A DNA stretch of 53,030 nt, counting the filler, from Basidioascus undulatus (Eukaryota), in the NCBI GenBank assembly GCA_000826855.1. It is 3 parts of 3 records of this genome, joined end to end, with 100 filler letters (N's around TTAATTAATTAA, not from the genome) between each part and the next. Parts side by side here need not be neighbours in the genome. Positions count along the whole stretch, not along the records: positions 35,432 to 53,030 come from JTLS01000522.1; 2 more parts are not named here. The stretch is one strand, 5' to 3'. Positions 46,307-53,030 of the stretch are shown piece by piece (within the stretch, counting starts at the first letter, position 1; every line of letters starts with the position of its first letter). The notes under the pieces are model-generated. The model saw only the letters and a list, made by a program, of their open reading frames with translations. It had not been told where the DNA came from and made no database searches. The translations under genes were made by a program, and so were the position numbers.

Positions 46307-49300
46307 CTAGCCCAGATTGATCCACTTATCGCGAGTGTCGACTGCTTCCCGACGGACGTCCCGCTTGCGGTCATCGAGCGCAATGCTCAGTTCGCGCACG
46401 GCTTGGGTCTTGTAGCTCTGCAGCACATCCTTCCGCACCGCATCCGGGAACGATGCGAGACAGCGCAGCGCGGAAGTGCGCAGTTTCTATTCCACCCTCG
46501 CGTGAGCGGCAACACTTCGAAAAAGGAAGGAAGGAGTAGCCACGCACAGCAGTGCTTCCCAACGTGAACTTCGAGTTCCGCAACAGCGCAGGAACGAGGG
46601 TCGAGATGTGCTCGGCGATGACGGGCGCCACGGAGTCCTCCTCCTTAACGAGCACCGTCAGGGTGTTGATCACGTTGGCTCGCAAGTTGGCGTCGGGCAA
46701 GGCGAGGGAGAGCAAAAGCAGGGGCATCAACTGCGATTGTGTTTCCTAGCGTCAGTCCTCCGCCCGACCGATCGAGACAATGCAGACGGCGCACCTGTGG
46801 CAGTTCAGTCAGAGCAAGCTGCTTGGGCATATGCTGCAGCAGCGAAGCGAGAGCGGCGAGATACAGCGGCTGTTGGGACGCTGATGGAGCCGCCCCCCTG
46901 CGAGTTAGCTCGAGCCCACGCACAGTACCATATTCAGCTACCACGTGCCGGAGGCTTTGTCATAGCCGCACACCACTCGAGGCAAGATGCGTGAATAGAA
47001 CTTCTGCTTGTACAGCAGCTGCCCTCCCCCGCACAACAGTCAGAACATTCTGTACCTCGTCTCCGGGTCCGCGTCAAGACATACCCGCACGACTGCGTGG
47101 CCCGCCTTGCCGAGCAACCCCGCGTCCTCCTCCTTCGCAACAAACCCGATCTCAGCGGGTGCAACACATTCGCCAATCTCGCCCGGCTCCGCGAACAGCT
47201 CGAGAACGCGCTCGGTGAGCTCGTAACCGAGCGGGTGCGAGCGTACGACGAGCGCTTTGGCGATCCACGCCCAAGCGCGAAGGGCTGCAGCACGTTGAGA
47301 GATGGCGGCGGTGGGGGATGCGATGAGGGAAATCCAAAAGGCGGGGAGGTGGCTCTGGAGGAAGGGGACGAGGTCTGCGAGGAGGTATGAACTCGGTCAG
47401 CTCGAACGACGGATCAGAGCGACGGGACAACGGAGCGCACCGTCTGCGCGCTTGTTGATAAGTGAGGCAACGATTTGGTAGGAGGCCAGCGTCTCGAGCG
47501 GCGTAGACTGCGGCGCAAAGCCCCACTCCAACACCACCCCGACGAACTGCGAGAGATCGGCCTCGGGTAGCCGAACCTGTTCCGTATCGCGCTCGGTAAG
47601 TATTTCAGGCTGCGTCCACAGCATATCGCTACATACGCACCTCCTTACGCAGAGCAATCAAAGCTGAGGCAAACAGCGGCACGAGTGCGCGCTGTGCTGC
47701 GGGAACGCCAGGCTGGACATGACGTTTCGTCAGCACAACGCAAGAAGGGACATGGATCGATCAGGTCCGAATGGATCCTTACCTCGAAAGGAAGGAATGG
47801 CAGCCCATCGCTTTCCAGTCGAGACGCCTCATGGACGATCGAGTCGACATTGCCTTTGCGGAACGCCGCGAACAAGGCATGCGCAAACTTCTCTTGCCGC
47901 CTGCGGTAAAGGCATGGTCAGCAAAAAGCTAACCTAGCCGCTTTGACTCGGTACGCACTCTGCCGGCAAGATCCGAACCACAACTTCCACGACCTTCCCG
48001 CCCATCTTGAGCAGACGCTCGTCGCTCGCGAGAGGCGTTCCGCGCGCGCCGACGAATAGCCCAAACACCCTTGGCACAAGCCTGTCGATGTACTTCCCCA
48101 CGTCCGGATGACCGGCGGCGACCTTCCTTTCCAGCACCGCATGCAGCGTCGCGAGCAGGGCGTGCACGTACGCCAGCGCGTCGTCGCTCGTCTCCGCGCC
48201 GGGCGTGCAGAGCAGCTCGAGCTTGGACGAGAGGCGGACGACGAGGGTTTCGAACAGGGTCGGATCGGCACAGAGCGTTGCCAGAGTCGCGAGCGTCGCG
48301 CGCAGGCTCGACCACTCGATGGGCGCCAAGTCGGGCAGACGCGCCGCGAGGCGCGGGACGACGGTGTCTTCGAGGATCGAAGCGGGGAGGCAGAGGAGGC
48401 CCTCGATCGCGAGCATGCGGACAGAATCGTTCTCGACCAGTGCCCCGAGCCGCTCGGCAACGACAGAAACCTCGTCGGCCGACCAGAACCCCTCGATCCG
48501 AAGCGTCTGCGTGAACACTGCCGTTGCGGCGGCGCGGAAGGCCGAGGCATCCATGCCCGAGATCAGGGTCGAGACGAGATGGTCCTTGAGCGACTCGGGC
48601 AACGGTGCGTCGTCAATGTAAGAGCGAAGCGAAGCGGATGGGGACGAGGTGGTGGTGTTGGAGGGCGGGGCGGCAGGAGCGGAAGGAGGGAGTTTGGCGG
48701 GGTAGGTGTTGGAGAGGGCGATGAGAAGCGCGTGGATGTGGTTGAGGATGCTCGCGCGCTGGCTGGGCTCGTTGGGCACGGCGTACAGCTCGAGCAGCGG
48801 CGGGATAGTCGCATCGAGCACCGGCCGAGCGAGAACAGGGGAGCTCTCCACCAGAGATCCGAGCACCTTCGCTGCCGGGCCGGCTTTGCTCTTCTCGGGT
48901 TCGGACAGAACCGCGACGCACTCGGGCACGATCTTGGACGCGATGCCGATGTCGGCAGTGGAAGAGGGCGGATAGAGGACGTCGATCAGCGAGGCGAGGG
49001 CGGCGAGGGCGTCGGACTCCGTGTCTGCGTCGGTGGAGTAGAGGATCTTGATACCCCTCTACGGTCAGCGAACCTGTCCGGCACGGGGAGACTGGGATCC
49101 GCACCTCGATGTTCAAGCCTGCCCACAGCTTCTCCGCCCACGGCTCGACCTGAGCCTTGCCGAACACTGGGAGACACACGGCGATCGATTGGAGAGTGTC
49201 GCGCTGCCAAGAAGGCTGGGTGGTTTCAGTATCACACAGCAAGGTAAGGAGCCGCTCAGAGCACCTTCGTCGGCCCCGCAGCGGCGGATAGCTTCTCCAT

Positions 49301-50495
49301 GAAGAGCGGCATAGCCTGGGGAGCGAAGTGAGGCGTAGCGGCCATGCATTGCCTGCATGACCCATGATGCTGTCAATATCGAAGGAACAAGTTGTTGGGC
49401 TCAACAAAGAGGAAATCGACCCCCCACACTGACCTGAGCGCCATCCGCAGGTCCTCGGCTGAGATGCCGTACGGGTCGTCCGGCGGAGGGCGGAATGTGA
49501 TAGGGAAGTAGCAGTAGATGATGTCGAAGAAACCCTGTTCCGTGTGGCCACCCAGCGGTTCAGCACCCATCTTTCAGCACCACCGAATTGATATCCAAGC
49601 TCACTTCGATCTTCCGCTCCGTCTCAAACTCGACAAGCAGCACTCTCCCAATTCCGAACGCGACTATCAAGTTGCGCGGATCCTTTTCGCCCTCCGCTAA
49701 AGAGATGTAGCCGTCGAGGAACTCGTCTCCCATGCTCTTGAGCGCATCGCGATGGCGGGCAACGAGCGTGTCGAGGAGAGTGAAGAAGAGGTAGCGCGTG
49801 GTTTGAGGGAGGTGCGGGCGGAGGGGGCGGAGGTTTGTGAACAGGCTGTTGAACGAAACGAGATGCGAATGACAATATGAGTATGACGGCGCGGTGGTGA
49901 AAGCGTCCCATGAGCGGAAGGAACGCACGCGAGGATAGTGGACTTTGTATCTAGAGCCCCATAGGTCGGTAGGCGGGCGAGAGTGTTCAGGCCCTCGAGG
50001 GCCGGGACGAGCAGGGGCGGGTCGGAGAGCTTTGAAGTGTAGAAAGTGGCCAGCACTTGAGCTGCGTTCCGCAGCGGATCAACACCAGTTTCACATCGAA
50101 GGACACTGTTTAAAAAAAAGACGCACTGGCTTGTCTGTTGACCACCTCAGTAGGCACTTTCCCCAGCACGTCCGACAGCAGCGTGACCCCTGCACGTCCG
50201 CCCCATCTTCAGCTGCTTGCCCCCGACTATGCAGCACCCCAGATGATCTCCAGCTCAGCAACGCACCCTTGAGCCGCACCGCATCCTCTTCGCTCAGCAG
50301 GTACTCCCCAAGAGCCTTAACGAGCGGCACCAGTCCCGTCTCCCCCGAAGCGATAGCTGCAGTCTGGAGCACGTGAGAAGACGCAATCCCACAGCGCGCG
50401 AGGAGCGCGGAAGACGCACAGTGCGTGATAGCCTCGAGCGATTCAGCGTCTGCCAGCGCAATATGTGTGCGCGCTAGGCGCTCGATGTCTGCCAT
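46307..50495 (-). CDS. MMS19: MMS19/MET18 cytosolic Fe-S assembly (CIA) targeting factor, HEAT-repeat protein
   Basis: LVKALGEYLLSEEDAVRLKG, GEKDPRNLIVAF, FFDIIYCYFPITFRPPPDDPYGISAEDL, PLLLLSL and ALDDRKRDVRREAVDTRDKW. Confidence 0.95.
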
Positions 50496-50765
50496 AGTTG
50501 GCTTTGTAGCGGTGAGGGATGATGGCTGGGATAAGGTAAGGGTGGGGTGAGCGAGCCGAGGACAAGTGCAGTCGATACTGCAGGAGCAATGGATTCATTA
50601 TCGCCGTTCCCGATGACGTGCCTGGAGCGCCAAAGAGAAGATCTGCTGTTCACCTCGGCGTCGACTTTTGAGGGATCCGTTGATGATCAAGCTGATTGAA
50701 CTTCCAGATAGCACGCAAATCCAAGACCTAAAAAATGCCAAATGATAGCGCGCCCTTTATCTCTA

Positions 50766-52614
50766 TCAAAACCACCACCAGCTCCCCCACCGCCCTTTGC
50801 CCGCTTCCTCGTCTCCGTATCCAAGCAACTCGTGCTCTCCGCGGATATTGATGAAAGAGTACTGTCCACAGATGGAATCAATCAGACCGTACGCCCCACA
50901 CAGGTTGCATGAGTTGACTCTCACCTCGCTCAGATCCGGCGTCTGGCTCCACATGTTGACATACTGCGCAAGCGAGCGTAGCCATCCACATGCACCGGTC
51001 AACACGGCGTTGCGCATGTGCTGAGCTTAGTAAAACCCAACGTACCACTAAGTTCGGCTCGCTGTGGAAGGGCCTGAGCCCGGCGACTTCGAGGCGCTCG
51101 AACCTGTTTGAGCACGGCGCGTCCGCCTAAGCCATCAGCCACAGGCCGCTCGAAAGGAATGAAGTAAAGAAACGGACCAGTCGTCAAACTCAGCAAAGGT
51201 TTTGCCATTCGCGTGGATCTCAAGCTGAAGCTGCCCGAATGGCAGAGGCTCCCCAGCGTTCGCGAACGCCCTTAGCACGTCCCGGAGGACGTCGAATTCG
51301 TATCCCTCGATGTCGATTTTGAGGAGGTCGATATATCCGTGTCCTGTTCATTCCACCGTGCGAACAAACAGGATGAGCAGCAGGTCGCCGGAGACCAGTC
51401 GTACAGTGAGCGAGAGGGGAGCGAGAGGTGCTGACGCACCGTTCAGCTCCATGAGCTCCTTCAGAGTGTACATCGGCGGATCGTCGCTAGGTCCATGGGC
51501 AGACCGCCCTATGCGCGCGACAGGGTCAGTTCCGGGCTTCTGTAGATGCAGCGCTTTACGCGCTTCGATGATTCCTGAGGGAAGGATCGTACCTGCGAGC
51601 CCATACGGGAAGAAGTGCGCGCGCGGTGCAAGATCCGGGAAGTCCTCGATCTGCGGGCCGAAGGACGGCACTAAGGGCGGAATCACGTTAGCGTGCAGTC
51701 GAGGAGGACGAGACAGGACACGCGACGCACCAGAGAAGTCATAGCCCCAGACCTGTGTATTGAAGGGGTTCTTCTTCAATGATCAAGAAGCGAGGAAAAC
51801 GGAAAGGGAAGGGGGGTGAAGGGTAATTTGCAAGGGGACGGACTTGGCAGTCTTCCGTCCGATCGAGCAGCTCCGCCTCGAAGGACGACTCGAGGTTGAT
51901 CCCGACAGAGTCTTTATGCACGCAGCTCCCACGTCAGATGAAGTACTGGGATGGAAATAAATCCATAATATCGATCCAAAGGGGCGGACATACAGATCAC
52001 GCAGCCCGGCTTCTTGGCGATCCTCGAAAGCCCGCATACCCACTTCCCTCCGTCTCCCATGCCGCCCACGCGCTCGAGCTACGCGTCCTCCCGCAGCCCA
52101 ACATCTCAGATGACTGCCCCTTATGATGTCCATCCCTCCAAAAGGGACACGCTCACCTCCCAGGGGCAGTTGAACACCGGCGGATACAAGTCCCACATCG
52201 TATATAACTCCGGCGACCCCACCTTGGGCCAGGGCACGACCTCCTTCTGGGTCGGGCCGACGCGTTCGATGTACTCGAAGCGGCTGTAAAGCACATTACC
52301 CACTTTGAGCTTCAGCGCTCGTCGCTCCGGCGCACATCGCTCCTCCCTCCCGGGACGTACCGCCGCACCGACTCGCGATACCGCTCCTCACTCTCCCACA
52401 GCACCTCCGCAACTTGCGGATCCTGCTTGGACCGCCCCGGCCGTAGATGCCCGAACAAGCGCTCAGGTGCATGCGCAGGACGGTCAGGCTGGTGCTGTGC
52501 CGAGTCGAGTTGTGGGAGAGGCGGCGGCGGGAAGTGCGAAGAGGTGAAGAGGAGGAGGAGTGCGAGGGAGGACGCGACGAGGATGAGGACGAAGAAGGGG
52601 TGATGACGGAGCAT
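50766..52614 (-). CDS. Methyltransf_22 / METTL24-like SAM-dependent methyltransferase with N-terminal signal anchor
   Basis: MLRHHPFFVLILVASSLALLLLF (TM), YTMWDLYPPVFNCPWEV, ERVGGMGDGGKWVCGL, SVGINLESSFEAELL, VWGYDFS, IDLLKIDIEGYEF, LPFGQLQLEIH and EYSFINIRG. Confidence 0.88.
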
Positions 52615-53030
52615 GATGGATTTGGATTTCTAAGAGAGGAATTGAACTTGTCCGTTGATGAATGTGGGATGACAATAAACGAGTGAGCAATCCGGGGAGT
52701 ACAATCCGGTGCGCACGAGGACTGAGTCGGTGCCTTGACGACCGCCGACCGACTAAAGATCCGGTTCTGGAGGAGGGTGATAACGGGAAGTGTCCTGGTG
52801 TAGACCGCAGGCCCTTGACGGCCGCGGGCAATGAGATCGTGGTAAGAGTCCAAAAAGCAAGTGAGGAGTGGATGGACCTGGGAATTTCAAAGAAGGCAGG
52901 CACGGCCGCTGCACGCAAGAGCGTCCGTCAAGCGGCGCGTCGCCCTGAAATGAACCAGTCGTGATTCGCCCTTGTTGGCCGTTATAGCTCGCAGTGGGAG
53001 AAGCCAGAGAGGAGGCATTGCCGTGAGCTG

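Noticed and set aside
4421..50495. Genome-maintenance cluster (TDG, TOP1, SLX1, MMS19)
   Set aside because: The genes lie on three separately joined contigs and are interspersed with unrelated genes.
1..53030. CRISPR arrays, tRNA/rRNA genes, transposase or reverse-transcriptase ORFs, prokaryotic operons
   Set aside because: None was recognised by eye, and the sequence is spliceosomal-intron-rich fungal DNA. Small RNAs could have been missed without a covariance-model search.

Overview
Intron-rich, mostly GC-rich eukaryotic DNA. GTGCGT/GTCCGT/GTGAGT donors, CTGAC/CTAAC-type branch sites, occasional GC-AG introns and the protein motifs point to a basidiomycete fungus; the species cannot be named. 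The window is three contigs joined by two artificial 100-bp N-TTAATTAATTAA-N spacers (17621-17720, 35332-35431). Recognisable genes: TDG/MUG uracil-DNA glycosylase, TRM11, an NCS1/FCY2-type purine-cytosine permease, TOP1 (5'-partial), COX20, a Cdc25/Ych1-like phosphatase, a MYND-finger protein, an STF2/HABP4-like protein, SLX1 (N-terminus only), a Pin4/Cip2-like RRM-R3H protein, NAD kinase, Ap4A phosphorylase, MMS19 and a Methyltransf_22 protein. There are also several hypothetical genes and a lower-GC block (about 40.6-44.7 kb) holding decayed MBOAT and LRR-like genes. The strongest pattern is that at least four genes stop just after a splice donor, inside a C/T-rich tract, and run into a piece of an unrelated gene. 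This produces apparent fusions (NAD kinase to Ap4A phosphorylase; Pin4/Cip2 to a GatF-like fragment overlapping SLX1). Assembly misjoins are the most parsimonious explanation; real rearrangement is not excluded. Other highlights are a 9-nt microexon carrying the Top1 catalytic tyrosine and a small orphan protein built from two copies of a conserved motif. All family calls come from motif recognition by eye and no searches were run. Multi-exon CDS coordinates are outer bounds.
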